Source of the DNA: Lama guanicoe
Taxonomy: Eukaryota
Length of the DNA: 64,000 nucleotides
Reading direction: 5' to 3'
NCBI GenBank assembly: GCA_013239625.1
Contig: MU056000.1
Location: 11,979,175-12,043,174 of the forward strand
In this document: positions 1 through 13,634 of the stretch, one piece after another
How the letters are laid out: each line of letters opens with the position of its first letter
How positions within the stretch are numbered: the stretch's first letter is position 1
Made by a program: the position numbers and the translations under genes
The notes under the pieces: model-generated
The model's input: only the letters and a program-made list of their open reading frames with translations
The model's database searches: none
What the model was told of the DNA's origin: nothing

Positions 1-2356
1 GAGATGGTTTCTTCTCCTCGCTGACGGTGACTGTCAGGAGGGGGAATACCCCAGTAAGTCAAGTTCTTTCCTTTTGGGAGAAAAGCGCTCCTCCCTTACT
101 CAGAAAGTAGGTGTTTACAAATGTCTGAAGCGCCTGCCTGCCTTGAATGAAGCTCAGAGCCGGGTTATCAGGACTGTCCCCTTCTAAAAATAAATAGGTC
201 ACCTCTTCCTCCTGGGACCGTGACAGGCAGCTGGGAGCAAGCGCTGCCCAGCTGCCCAGCATTTTCTGCCCAGTCGTGTGAGAAGGTGTCACCACCCAGC
301 GATTAACCTTTCCTGGGATGACTTCACCTAGACCAGCCTCCCCTTTCTCTTCCCCCTTTTTTTTTTTTCCTGGCATGACAGGGCACCCCACCGAAGGACG
401 GCAGGGCTTGAAACTCAGCCTGGGCTATCAGATCTCCAGCTCACAGGAGGGGCTCGGGGGTGGAGATCAAGACGGGCAGCACCTGCCAGAGCCGAGAGGC
501 GCGTCTGTGCTGGAAACGCACAGCCACTCAGCAAAAACATCCCTTACTTAACAACAACAACAAAAAGGGGTGGAGGGAGCAGCGAAAGAGGGGATGTCAA
601 TAAATAACTGGGTTTTGAGGGATACTGTTTTGCCAGAAAGTCTTTCTTTGGGTCATCTAGATGTCTCAACTCAGAAGTCAGCACACCAGTGTGGGTCCAT
701 GTGTTCCTTTGTCTAACGTGGCTTCCTCTGAGGTGCCACCGCTCTGCCGTCAGGGAGCAGCTGGACACTGGAGACTCAAACATTTTTATAGCTCGGTCCT
801 TCACTGCCTACAAGTCACCCATTACCAGGGACCCTCATTCTGCTTGTTTTCAAAAAAGGCTGAGGAAAATGTTACTGAGATCCCTTTAGGAATATATCCT
901 GAAAGCTTTGCATAAAAACTTGGAACCATTTTTCTTTTTCCAGATTGGGAATGTTAAGTAAGGCCATAAGCAAGATCTAATTATTGAGAAACAATATACT
1001 TTTCTTTTCAAAACATGTGTTCCATGGTTATAGGATTAGTCATAGCTAATCCTAGCCACGTATCTGTATTCCATGTATACTTCGCATTTATATGTGTGAA
1101 AGTGATTTCTAGCGCATTAAAAAATTGAAAAGTCAAAACAAATATCATGTACTTTTCTTGAGACAGCGTTCACTATTTTGTGACACATGTGTCGCGGCAA
1201 TTGGTGACAATTCTTTAATAGTTCACACAAGAGGTGAAGTTTTAGACTTCAAGCTCTAAGGCTAAGTGGCTGCAGAGGCTCAAACACACAACTCAAACAC
1301 TGCTGACCTTGAAAGAAAGCAGTCATAAGCAGGGTTCCGAAGATCAAGGCATGCCCGAGCCTCTCAGAACTGGAGCAATGTGCTGTGTCATTAGAAATTC
1401 CGGGTCTGAAGAAGGGAAAACTTGAGGCACTGACAACGTTATCCACGAGAATATTTCACCACTTCTACGTAACCTGATCCACAAAAATGCAAATTCTAAG
1501 ATCTAATTCTCAGTTCTAACAATTCTATCCCATTAACTTTACCTTTTTTGGTCCTTTTAAGCTCCGACTGCGCTGCTCCTTGACTACCTACAGCAGCTGT
1601 TGTTGAACCTAGCTGCTGCTGACGACAGAACTGACTACTATATCCCTGAAACCTGCCTCTCAATTTTAAAGGACAATTGGCTGTGCTGTGCTGTAGGAGA
1701 TGGATTATCCATTACTACGATCAAATATGTCCTTTACTTTCCTCTAAAAATACTTCCTTTAAGCACTCCTTCATGCATTTTTAAGTTACTTGCTCCAACC
1801 ATAAATTCCCCTATAGGTATATTTGTGTTAATTTCTGAAATTCACAAGGACAAGAAGGGGAAACAGGACGGCACAGATGTCAAAAACCAGAAGGAGGACA
1901 CAGTGGGTGGCTTCCTTGCCTGAATGACACCTGCGGTCCTGTGGGGAATTAGGGTGCCAAGGGTTCCCTCATCACTGCTGACCCAAAATCTACTGGGCTT
2001 CCTGAATTTAAGAACTCAGAGAATACAGATGCGGGAACGACCCTGAGGGCCACAAAACCCAACCAGGTTTTTCAGGTGCCGAATCTGGGGTCCAGCAAAG
2101 TTAGATGACCTGCTGGTGGCAGAGCCTTCAGTGCTGAGGGCTCTTTTCATTCCTCCAGAAGAACAGACAGCAGAGACCATCCATTCTGGCAAGTCCAACA
2201 CAGTTTAAGTTTTTTTACACCCGTACTCCTTCAAAATCTGCACATGCTTAATTTTAGTAATATTTAAGTGAGCATTTTTCTTTTCTTTCACAGTGTAATG
2301 TCATACAATATGGGCTAAGAAAATAATTGTCATTTCAAAGTTAAATGGCTACTTTT

Positions 2357-2483
2357 AATATGACAATGCATATATGTATACGCATGACTGGGACATTGTG
2401 CTGTACACCAGAAGTTGACACATTGTAACTGACAGTACTTCAATAAAAAATTATAAAAAAACTTTTTTTAATTAAAAAAATTT
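2357..2483 (+). mobile_element. Very short LINE-1 3'-end insertion
   Basis: Homologous to the terminal part of the young L1 (gacaatg...tgtgctgtacacca...acattgtaa...tcaataaaaa). TSD ttaaatggc(t/c)actttt at 2341-2356 and 2484-2499. Confidence 0.85.
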
Positions 2484-2699
2484 TTAAATGGCCACTTTTC
2501 TTAATGTCCTTTTTTCTCTTGACACAGTCATTGGTCTAAGAGTTTTGTTTTTGTTTTTGTGTTTCATTCTTTTTTTTTTCCATTTCTCCTCCAGCAGCAC
2601 TGACTGAGGCTCTGGAACTTTCAGAGACAATGGGAGGGACATTTCCTCTCTTGGAGGTTCCAGGACAATACTAGCATGCATGGCTAAAAAATGGGGGTG

Positions 2700-3008
2700 G
2701 GTGGTTGTGAGTGGAGACAAAATGACTACGGGAGGTAGATAATTAATTCTCTGCTAAGCTGAACTCACAGAATTCTTGCTGAAGGCAGGCAGGGGGTCAG
2801 GTGTTACCTAGGGGATGGTGAGACGTGAGGGATTTGTGGTTAGCTGCTAAGGGTGATCAAATACCAAGGGTGGAGGATTCTCTGTAAACTGACTTGACAA
2901 GTTTCTTGGTAAAACTGGATCCTGAGGACATACGCAAGGACAGAGCCTAGCTGAAAAAGAGCTCAGAGGAGCCTGACTAGAGTTTGGTCAAAGAGAGAGT
3001 CTTTGTCA
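2700..3008 (-). mobile_element. ERV1 LTR fragment (MER31-like)
   Basis: Reverse complement begins tgacaaagactctctctttgaccaaactctagtcaggctcctctgagc, as recalled for MER31. Left boundary approximate. Confidence 0.7.
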
Positions 3009-3064
3009 CCTCCTAAGAACAAGGCACATCTTGATTTTGTGTAGCACTCAGTGGACCCTTCAGA

Positions 3065-3130
3065 TCTGCACCGTCCAATACGGTAGCCACTAGCCAGCCT
3101 GGCTACTGAGCACTTAAAATGTGGCTAGTT
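3065..3130. mobile_element. hAT-Charlie MITE end (MER3/MER33-like)
   Basis: gtccaatacggtagccactagcc...ggctactgagcacttaaaatgtggctagt; a probable continuation lies near 3420-3480. Confidence 0.6.
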
Positions 3131-4413
3131 TGGAATTTAGGATGGAATAGGAAAAAAAGAATGTTTTCCGCTTGATGATTTTGTGTTAGAAAAACTCAAA
3201 ACTGAAAATCTATAGCCAAGTTATTTTGGAATATTTCCCTCTTTCCCCTATTTTTTGTGTATTTTTTTTAATTCTCAGGAATATGTAAGAACTTACTTCA
3301 CTTATCTGTCCTTCAAAGCAAATTTCAGTGAAATTGGTTCCACTGAGATGACTCTGCATTCTTAGTATAGACAGTATTTGAATAAAGTTGCTCAATTAAA
3401 AAAAGGAACTATATCATCACCTATTTTTATATTGATTACATGTTGAAATTACAGTATTTTGTGTATTTTGGTTAAAAAAATCAACAGAACATCCCTGAGA
3501 AGAGTCCACCGAGCATTTTCTCCCTCAATACTCAGCCTCTGCTATTCTCCACTAAAACCCTCTCCCATCTTTGCTTCCCTTCAGCCTCTGAAGACAAGAC
3601 CCCATAAGGAAACTTCTTCAAGGCCAGGCTGTATCCCAAGTTCTTCATTCCTCCCCTCCTCTCATCTCCAGTGTGTAGTATCAAGTGTCCCATCCTCTTC
3701 TCACCAGTTCCTGACCTTCCCAAATTCTACTTCCCCTCAGCCCACAAAAGTACCCAGGCCTTTTCCAGAAATCCCAGACCGACCACAATCTCCTTCTAGT
3801 CCCTAATCTCTGTCTTGTGCCCTTTACAACCAGAGGTCCTAACCAGTAAGTAGACTGTGGCCAACTCACTCCTCACCAATTACAACCTACTTCTGGCCCA
3901 CACTGCTCTTCAAACACAGCGGATACTTACTGTCCATCTAGTCTACCTGCCCTCCAGTGGCCCGGCCCTGCTGCCCACTCTCTTTGTCTTGATGCTCTCT
4001 CCACCCTTGGCTGGAAGACTCCACTTTCTGTGCTCAGCCCCACCCCTTTCAACATCAACATCCCTTCTTGGATCCTTTAGGTGTCCCTCTGCTAACCGGC
4101 TCTTAAAGCTAGGTGATCTGCAGGGCCGAGCTTCCTAAACCTCAAACAGTACGGAGGAGTGGGCCCCACCCTCACTCACTCCCATCGGTGTGGGATGGGC
4201 TGTGAATCTGCTCCCAGATGGGGCTGCTGCTGCTGCTGCCGGTGGGGGAACCACTCTTCGAGAGCACAGTCCTGGCGTTCTAACACTGGCCATCTTCCTT
4301 TTCATGCTACACAATCTCTCTAAGAAATCTCTCTGTTCCTGGAATTTCACCTCTCACCTCTGTGCCCAAATCTCTATTCCTAGTCATTCACTCTCCAGAA
4401 CTCCAAACCTACA

Positions 4414-4860
4414 CAGATGGTCCTCAACTTATAATTTTTCGCCATCATGACAGTGTGAAAGAGAGATGCACTCAGGAGAAACTGTACTTGGAATTTTGAA
4501 TTTCGAGATTTTTGCGATCTAGCAAAACGCAGTACAACACTCTCTGGTAACACTGCAGTGCCTGGTCGGCCATGCGATCAGGAAGGAGAACAACCAATAC
4601 GCTTACAGCCATCCTGATTTTCACTTCCGGTACAGTGTTCAACACATGAGCTATTCAACACTTTATTATAACGCAGGCTTTGTGTTGGATGATGGTGCCC
4701 AATTGGAGGCTCATGGCAGTGTCCTGAGCACGTTTAAGGCGGTCTCGGCTAAGCTGTGATGTTCAGCAGGTTAGGTGTACTGAGTGCATTTCTGACTTAT
4801 GTTTTCAACTTATGATGGGTTTGTCAGGACACAACACCATCATAAACCAAGGAGGATCTG
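4414..4860. mobile_element. TcMar-Tigger non-autonomous element (MER47/Tigger5-like)
   Basis: Imperfect terminal inverted repeats cagatggtcctcaactta and taaaccaaggaggatctg, followed by TA. Internal motifs recalled for this family (tgatgttcagcaggttaggtgta). Confidence 0.75.
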
Positions 4861-5095
4861 TAGCTCCTGTCACCCACTAGCTGTGGTACAACGGAGCTGC
4901 CTCTGATTTGCTCATGAAAAAAACTCTTAACATCTCTCCCCATGCCGTGCTCAGTGCTGTGAAGGAGTTTGTTTGCAATCAGCTGTGGCATGGAAATTGG
5001 CAAAAGCTGCAAATCAACAACCTATCCCCTGCCCACCCAGAGCCAGCTGTTACATATGTACCCACACACCAGTGACTGCTAGATATCCTGACCTG

Positions 5096-5450
5096 TGTTC
5101 AATTAATTAAATAAGGAGGCCATTAGATCGAGGAGGTTCTAACCTTAGAAGCCAACGTTAGCAAACCAAAACCTGAGCCTATAAATGACGCAAGGTTAAG
5201 AAACTGAAAGAAAAGGACAATCCATCACAAACAGCCAGCCAGGATTTCCCAAGTAAGGGCAGCCACAGAGGACACAGCCAATCGAATGATTTCCTTGTTT
5301 TGCTTCCGAGCTTTCTCTATAAACGTCTTGCCCCTGGCTCCAGTCAGTGGAGCATCCTACCCTCTCTTCTGGTTTGGTGCCACCAGATTCAAACTGATTT
5401 CTGCTCAATATACCTTTAAAGTTTTTAGCACGCCTGTTTATCTTTCAATA
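5096..5450 (+). mobile_element. ERV1-class solo LTR
   Basis: Starts tgttcaattaattaaataaggaggccattag. CCAAT at 5278-5282 and TATAAA at 5318-5323. 4-bp TSD-like cctg/cttg at 5092-5095 and 5451-5454. Confidence 0.7.
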
Positions 5451-7663
5451 CTTGGAAGTCCCACAAATATCTCCAAAAACGAGTCCAGAGCTGATGCACC
5501 GTCTCTTAGAAACCTGTTCTTCCCTTATCCTCCCCTATTTCTTCTCTTCTTTTTCTTTCTTTGGGAAAGAATAAATTTCTCACATCACTCTCAATCCCAC
5601 GTTCTGAGGCATTTTCTTCACAGAATTTAGCAGTATCTCAGTTGATCTTCACTACTTGCTGACACATCACTATCTGAATCCCTCCCTCCCACGAGAAGGT
5701 ACACAGGGACCTTAACTTCTTGTTCATTATCATCTCCCAACAATTTGGTACAGAGCGTGGTAGAGCTAGCTCCTAGAACAGCACATACGCCTGTTATTTC
5801 AGGGTGATATTCTTAGTTAATGTTAATTACATCAGTAAGTGAAGAAACGCTCCAAATGGTCAACAGAGGCAAAAACATGGGAGCTACATTCACGCTTCCC
5901 TCTTCCTCACCAGCTGGAGAAGACACTCACCAAGTGCCACCAACTCTCACACACTGAGCTGTCTCTGTAACCACCCTTGTGACTGTGCCTGCTGTGGTTA
6001 CAGTCTTCATTCCGCCCAGGATCATCTGGTTCCCATGCTAGGGGCCACCAAATGTCTGTGCTCAAGCACCCCAGCTGGACACACCATCCAACTACATTGT
6101 GCATTTATAAATTACACACATATGTATTTTCAGAGTACATATATGACTTGTAAATACTTCACGTACTTCATAAATCATACATAAAAGGAAAACATGTAGA
6201 GAGAAAATAAATATAAGCATACTTCATAATTGCGAAAGAAAAAAAACCCTAGAGGTCTATCAGTGAGAGGTTAATTAAACCATGGTGCAAAGAACTCCTA
6301 CGCTAAAAAGGATGAGACGTGTTATAAAAGTCTTTCCATTATATAGTTAGTTTAAAAAAAGAGACTAGAAAACAAAATGCACAGTATCCTACTGATGTAA
6401 GAATATACATTTATTATACACGGATGAAAATAATCTGAACAAAGATGGGTCTGAAGAAGGGGGAAATAGGACAAGAGGAAGTGGGGGAAGGGGGAGGGGA
6501 AGGGAAAGTGCTTCAGAGGGTCACAGAGGCATTAATTGTGGTTTTCTCTTCTGGCTTAAGAAAATAATGAATATTTTCTATTCTATTCTTTTCGCCTGTC
6601 TCTATTTTCTACTTTTCAGCAACAAATACAAATTACTCTTATGATAAGAAAAAAAAAGTTCTTAAACCATGAAAAAGGAAAAAGGTTACTTTTAAATGGA
6701 AGGGGAAAACTTTCTGTGGCTTCCTGTCACAAAAGGGAAAAAATAAAAAAAAACCCTCTATTCTTTCACTTGGGAAACAAGGCCTTCAGGAGCGCATGCT
6801 GCCCCCGGCGGGCTCAGGATTCTTCCCTCAAGCCAGACCAGGAAGAGCTTCCGTCTTCAAGGAGCTGACCGCTTGGAAGAAGACATGTGCTGGCTGAAAG
6901 AATGAGAGAAAGAAAGCAGGAGCCAGCCCTCCCTCCACCTACTGACTCGAGAGGGTAAGAACCCCCCGTACCCGACCAAAGACCTCTGGTGTCGCCAACA
7001 CAGTATTTGTTTCTCGTGAAAATTCACAGTGTACATGATGCATTTTGCAAAAGCGGAATGAGGGTGTAAACTAGTACCAAAGCCAGCCCCCGAATCGGAC
7101 CCCTGGAAACCCAGAGCTGCACAGGATACAGCTGGAAAACTATGACCGAGATCATCTGGATGGTCAGTCTCCTTCTTATTAATAATTAGAACCAGCCCAG
7201 TTACCCATTTTAGCCTTTTATCCTTTTTAAGCTTAGTGTTATGGAGTGTTTTCCTCAAATTTATTTTCATCCAAACACAGCTGGCACTCTAAAACCAACA
7301 CAGAGTCTCTGAAGTCCTGCCAGCTTTCTGGTCAACCTCCTCTCTCCTTTTCCTGCAGGTACCACTGTAGCCACCCTACTTTCCAGCCCAGGACAGTCCC
7401 TGGTTGCATCTCTTGTCCTGGTATAATTAATAATAGACTCCTTTCACTCTCATCAGTGTACCCCATTTAGGCCATCAATTGTAGGATAACCCAATATATT
7501 AGCAATTTCTTACCCTTATTTGTCAGAACTTCCATTTTGCTAATTTATGCTGGACTGTTGTTTTGATTATCACATAACTTATTATGGTCTCAGCAGGGAC
7601 CCTCAGATAGAGCCAGATCTTTGCCACAGATGATTCTGTTTAGTTAGTGAGTGCTTCTCATAC

Positions 7664-7728
7664 CTTCCAATCCAGTCCACGCCACATCCATCGTCTGACT
7701 GGCCATCACGCATTGAACTATGTCCCCC
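7664..7728 (-). other. Candidate spliced exon C (65 nt)
   Basis: Acceptor atctttttaaag|G and donor AAG|gtatga. CpG-containing, apparently unique sequence. Confidence 0.5.
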
Positions 7729-8029
7729 CTTTAAAAAGATACCGATGGAGCAAACTTGTCTGGAAAGTGTGGTTTGGACACTTGTGGATGCAGCTGCCCC
7801 AGGGATGCTGGAGAAGCCAGCCAGCCTGGTGGAGGCGAAAAGGCCCGGAGAGGAAGGATCAAAATATGGGAGAAGAGTCAGCAAGTGGCAGAAGGGGAAA
7901 GGGGGTGAAGGAGTGGGGAGAAGTGGGGGGCAGAGGCTAGCAGGGAGCACCAAGAAAGATGCAGCATCCTCCAAGTGATGTGTCCTGTGACAGCCACGTC
8001 TTTGTCACGCTGATCTCTGTGTATGTGTA

Positions 8030-8195
8030 TTTTTTAAACTGAAGTATAGTTGATTTACAATGTTATGTTAGTTTCTGGTGTACAGCAAAGTGATTCAGTT
8101 ACACATATACACAGTCTTTTTCAGATTCTTTTCCGTTATAGGTTATTACAAGATATCGAATAGAGTTCCCTGTGCCCTGCTGTAGGTCCTTGTTT
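8030..8195 (-). mobile_element. LINE-1 3'-end fragment
   Basis: Reverse complement matches the 3' UTR terminus of the L1 ending at 63847 (tgtacaccagaaactaac...cattgtaa...actatacttca). Confidence 0.85.
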
Positions 8196-9728
8196 CTAAT
8201 GTTTCCTAATGAAAGATCATTACATATTGTTAAATTTTTAATTGTGATACTTAGGAGTTAAGGACCCCCTGAATCCACAAAGCAAAGTGTACACCCTGCA
8301 AATAACTCACTTGTCGGCTTATTCAGTGGGTTCACAGTGGGGTCACGGCGGATGGAGGGGAGCAGGAAGGGACAGGGAACCCGGAGCACAGGAGTAGCCT
8401 CGGGAAATGTGGGGAGGAAGAAGAGGCCGTCTGGCAACGGCTTCAGGAAGCGAGGAGGAAAGGGCTCCGTGAAACAAGCCAGGTGTTCGGACCTCAGGAG
8501 TCACATCACCCGACGCCACTGGCTTGGTTTGTGCGTCTTGCATCCACTGAGACCCATTTCACTGCACTGCACAGGGTCTCTACAGACTTGTCTGAGACCC
8601 ATGTCCGAGGGCCTGTTGTCACTGGTGACCAGTCTCACTCCTACAGGCCCTCATGCCTTCTCTCCTTAAAACGCTGTTGACATGCCTCCATATCAAGGGG
8701 ATTTCTCTCTCTCTTTTTATCTCTTCTCCCTCTCATCCTTCCTAACCCCCTCTCACCAAAAATCTTCTATTAAAGTCCAGCAAGAGTATAGGCGCTGGTA
8801 GAAATCAAATTCCCATGGTGCCAAACGTCAAGCTTCCCTCCACAGAATAATCCTGAAGATGATAATCCTGTTTCTGAACAATCTTGCTTGCTTGCTTGAT
8901 TTAAAGCTCTCTTCTAAGGCTCCCTGTGTATTTTAGGGGTGGAGGTCCTTGACAGAGAATCTGTGGTTCCAAGAAAGTGAGAACAAATGGCCGCAGCAGA
9001 GGAAGAAGTCGGGCCAATCTCACTGCTCTCAGTAAACACAAGGAAATGGAAAATTTCTAAGGCCACGGATCGTGGAGACAGAGGTCTTTGTGGACAGCAA
9101 AGACCGGAGGGACTCAAACAAGAGTGGCAGACAGCTCAAACCGAACCTTATCTCTTGCACTTAAAAATACAGGGCAAAACAGGGCAACCGAAGCCTAGAT
9201 TTACCTGCGGATTATGTAATACTTTTGTTATATGTTAATCTTCCTTATCACATGTTGTTTATGTCTGTGTTAAAAAGTATCTTTTCATTTCTTAAATAGC
9301 ACCTGATAAGATGCTTCTTGGCTATCCATTTACCCAGTGTTTTGTGGAGAAGCCAAACTGAAATGGAGACTTTCCAGCTCAACAACCCCGAAATAGTTAA
9401 TCATTATTAGTTTTAGGGTAAGGGTCCAGGGACCAGAATGCCTCTTCCTAGTCCCGTTTCGCCATGCGTCATCTGACCCCCTTGTGGCCTTGGCTGGGTG
9501 TGCTCCCCCTGCTGCCCCGGCCTCAGGGAGGGGTGGGAGATCTTGGACACTACGAGGACCTCCCCTCCAGGGAACAGGGTTTCCGGGAATGTGCTCCCGG
9601 CCTGCTAATACCCTGCAGCCTCGAGGCAGTTTTGAAGAGGAACCAGCCCCGTCAGGAGCATTTGCTGCAAGAGATGCTGGGTTATCTGCTGATCCTGGTC
9701 TGTGGGAAAGAAGCCTTAACTTCAGAGA

Positions 9729-9812
9729 CCTCGTCACGGCTTCTTGTAGGACAGAGCCCTCGTCACGGCTTTCCAGTAGGACAGAGCCCTCCAGTGACCC
9801 AGTGAACCAGTG
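9729..9812. repeat. Local tandem duplication (29-30 bp x2) followed by an 8-bp unit x3
   Basis: cctcgtcacggcttcttgtaggacagagc and cctcgtcacggctttccagtaggacagagc, then ccagtgac ccagtgaa ccagtg. Confidence 0.9.
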
Positions 9813-10159
9813 TCTCCTTACTGCCCCAACCACTGTCTGACCGCCCGATAATAAACCATGTGGCTTCTCTCCCTCGGGCACCTCAAGGTTCCAAGTAAGA
9901 CACGAGCAGCGATGTGAAGCTGTCCGTGAGCGAGTCCATTTCTAGCGGGGTCTGAGTAAAACTCTTTCAATGACTAGCAGAAAGCAACAAGCTTTAGAAA
10001 AACAGAGCAAAACAAATCCAAAACGTGACCCGTAAAGAGCCTAAGAAGAGAAACTGGGCCATTAAGAGGGACAGGGTTATCTCTGAGTTCCTGCCTCCAC
10101 AATTCCTTATGTACCCAGCACCTCTCCCCTATAAGAATAACAGGCTTGTTTTATTTTAA

Positions 10160-11010
10160 TAAACGTTTTTATTCTAGAATGGTTTTAGATTTTCCGAAGA
10201 GTTGCAAGGACAACACACAGAGCCCCAGGACACCCCTCACTTAGTCTCCCCTGGGCTAACATAACATACGTAACAGCATATATGTTACCACCACACACTT
10301 GTCAAAACTAAAAACCAACACTGGTAAATTACTATGAACTAAACTCCAGACTTTATTTGGACTTTATTTGTAGGTTTTCCCACAAACGTCCTGTTCTCTT
10401 CCCGGATCCCACCCAGGGCACCACGGTCATATGTCCTCAGCCATCAAATGTCCTTAGTCTCCCTGGTCTGTGAGAGTTGCTCCCTCTTTCCTCGGTTCCA
10501 TACCGCACAGTTTTGAGGGGCATTTTGTAGATACCGGTTATTTTGCAGAATGTCCCTCAGTGTGGTTTTGTCTGATGTTTTTCTCATGATTAGATTAAGA
10601 TTATGGGTTTGGGGCAAATGACCGCAGAGGGCTCCGTGCTGTCTACGGGACTTCTCGCTGGTGAGGTTCACTAGATCACCGGCATAACAGAGTGTCTGCT
10701 CGGTTTTTCTATCGCCACGTTATTGTTTGTCCCTTTCCCGACTCTACTCTTTGAAGGCAAATCTAAGTCCAACCCACGTTCAAGGGGGAAGGGAGGTGGT
10801 ACACAGGGACCCAGCTCTGCCCCTTGAATGCGGGAGCAACACTATATATTATTCAGAATTCTTCTGTAAGGAAGATCTGTCACTCCTCTCTCCTCATTGA
10901 CTTATTTATTCAGTCACATATCAATAAGATCTTAAGTGGACTCATAAGAACTTAGAGTTTGGATTATAACCCAGTGCTCTAGCATTGATTTTGTTGCTCC
11001 AATTGTTCCA
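10160..11010 (-). mobile_element. Ancient L1M (L1MC/MD-like) 3' fragment
   Basis: ttttagattt...aagagttgcaa; aactccagactttatttgga; tgtctgatgtttttctcatgattagattaagattatggg. Boundaries approximate. Confidence 0.7.
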
Positions 11011-12549
11011 GCCACCAACTCTGCTCACCCTGCTGGCTCCAAGGGCTCCTCCTCCAACCCCTTAAGAGACCTGACCTAGAGAGGCTACCTCTCCGCTCTC
11101 TCGGCACCGCTCCACTCACCTGGCCCAACCCTGGCTCCCACTCTAGAGCTGAGCTTGGGGTTAACCACCGGGCACCCAGTCCCCTCCAAGATCATCTCGC
11201 TCCCCTCCCACCCGGCGTCATCACCAGCCAAGGGGCAACACCAGGACTGAACTCAGAAGCCAGAAGTGAGCTGACATTCGGGCGCAAAGGCCATGGACGT
11301 GTGCCAGGTGGGGTGCTGCGCGTGGCCCTCCTCGGGGTGCCAGATGCCGTGAGGCGTGTCCTGGGAGAGGAACTGTCTGCCCACAGGAGCTGCCGCCAGT
11401 GTGTTCTTGTGAAAGCACAATAACCTGCCATTTTTTCCCTCACTCTGATCAAATTTCCAGTTTTGAAACCAAGTTCAGATTTCCTTTCCACGTGTGCCAT
11501 GCGTCCTTAACGTTTCATGTTTCTTTCCTATTTTGAGTCTAGAGGAAGTCCACGGTTTGAAAATGGAAACGAGACTTGGCTGCTTCACCTGCACCCACTT
11601 TTAGCATCAAACCATGGCAACGTCACACACACAGTTCATCACCAGTGTTCAGAGTGGATTCACGCCGCCAGACGCTGCTTTCAGTCTGCTTATTTATAAC
11701 CAAGGTGAATTTCTCCATCAAATTTGACTTTACATTTTTTTCATATGACAATGAAATTCTAAGTTGTACTGAAAACCAGAGCGGGCAATGACGGTTTAAG
11801 ACATGTCCTGGTCTTGAATTTTACAAGCACTAAAAATTTCAGCATGGCCCCTGTCAGGAGCCAGGAAAGAAGCCAGGAACAACGTGTGTTTCCACACCAT
11901 CTGCGGAGGGACAGGCAAGAGGGGACACTGTGTTTATGTGTGTCTTCCAGGATGAATGGGACCCCTTCTCTTGCCATGAAAGTGCCACTGCGTTCATGGA
12001 AGATTCCAGAGAGTCTCCCTGACAGTGAGAAACAGCTGTTCCTAATAGCACAGAGTTACAAACCCTACAGGCAAAACTGAGGCTCCTCTTGGTGGTGTCA
12101 GCCTGAGAAACAGACTTCCAAGGCTGAGATTCTGCCTTCCTCAGCCCTGCGTGTCCCTCCAAACAGGCACGTTCCTTTAAAATCTGCTTTGCTTCCTTTT
12201 GCTTGAAATTATCCCTCCAAAAGAAGATGTGGTCACACATTTGTGATCTTACCAAATCTGCCCTATACCAGGGCTGTACATTCAATTTCTTTATTTTGAA
12301 TAGGAAGAACGGCTGAAATGACTTCCATCAGTGCTGGTCTGGGAAGCTTTTAGATGTCACAGAGGTTACCAGATAGGAATAAAATAAAAGCAAGACTAAT
12401 TAAAGAGAAGGACATTTATCACAGATCTCATAATTACTTGTAGGTGTGTGGCTTCACTACTGAAGGGGCTGTGTTACTATAAAATAAACTTTGCAAAAGT
12501 TTCTTGTAAAAGCAATATACTCAGTAGTCGTGTGATGAAGATTGATCAA

Positions 12550-12875
12550 TGTGGTTTTCCAGAGGTGGAGGTCGTGGGGTGGGGGGGAATGGGGAAAGGT
12601 GGTCAAAAGGTACAAACTTCCAGTTATAAGGTAAGTTCTGGGGATGTAAGGTACAGCACGGTGACCCGAGTTAATAATACTGTATTGTGTATTTGAAAGC
12701 TGCTAAGAGAGTAGATTTCAAAAGTTCTCATCATAAGAAAAAAATCTAACTCTGTATGGTAATGGATGTTAACTAGATATCGTGGTTATCTCTTTGCAGC
12801 ATATATATCAGATCATTAAGTTATACACCTGAACCTCATACGTTATATGTGAATTACATCTCAATAAAACTGGAG
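12550..12875 (+). mobile_element. L1MA-like 3' fragment
   Basis: caaaaggtacaaacttccagttataag...gctaagagagtagat...tacatctcaataaaactgg. Confidence 0.8.
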
Positions 12876-13634
12876 GGGAGATAAAACTAGGGGGAAAAAA
12901 GATTGATTAAATTAGGTGTTTATAGCTTGATACAACTTCCAGTGATTCTGCTTTTATTAAAGTCCTCCATCATAAATTAGGAATGAGGAGTACTTGCTCT
13001 GGAAAATGCATCAGGCTCCAAAAGTGGCCCTAGTTTTAATAAAACTGACACGAAGGGAGACCAGGAGAAGCAGTATTTTAAAACTAATATGTAAGTAAGA
13101 TGTGATTTTATATATTTATCTACAGAACTAAATCAGCTAACAGTGATTTTGCAGTGGTTACAATTAGTACAAGTAGAAAATTGGGCCCTTTAAGTTTATA
13201 TTCCAGGAAGCCTATATAGTCAAGGTGGCCAAACGCTTTTCCTGGATCTTGGCGAGGGAGAGGAGGGCCGGCACCATACATTCGAGGTTCATGTATGTCG
13301 GGTACGAACTGATTTCCAAGGAGAATTGGTAAGTCATCAAAATAGTCAGCTCTGGCCGCGATGTGGAGACCTGCTCTTCAGGGTCAGGAGAAGGTCTCGG
13401 GGTCAGTTAGGGGTAAGATCTGGCCCAGGTCCAAGAGGATGACAGAGTATGGGGGGGGAGCTCAGGGCCACATGCTGGATTCGGGGCCCAGCGTGTTTAC
13501 TGATGGATTAAATGCATGGAACAGGAACATGGTGAAACCACACAGGACTTCAGTCTTCTCACCTGAACTCCACAAAGTCCTTAAAAGCACATTTTTGAAG
13601 ACCATCAAATGGCCTGGGATGCTTGACATATTAA

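Noticed and set aside
59..183. Possible minus-strand terminal coding exon (tttttag|..GDSPDNPALSFIQGRQ...KERT-stop)
   Set aside because: An acceptor-like site exists, but the peptide is unrecognised and the phase does not continue the A-B-C frame. Support is insufficient.
4223..4240. (GCT)5 run giving poly-Ala in ORF predictions
   Set aside because: A short trinucleotide repeat in apparently non-coding context.
9330..9881. 183-aa ORF and overlapping ORFs
   Set aside because: GC-rich sequence open in several frames, containing a local tandem duplication, with no recognisable domain.
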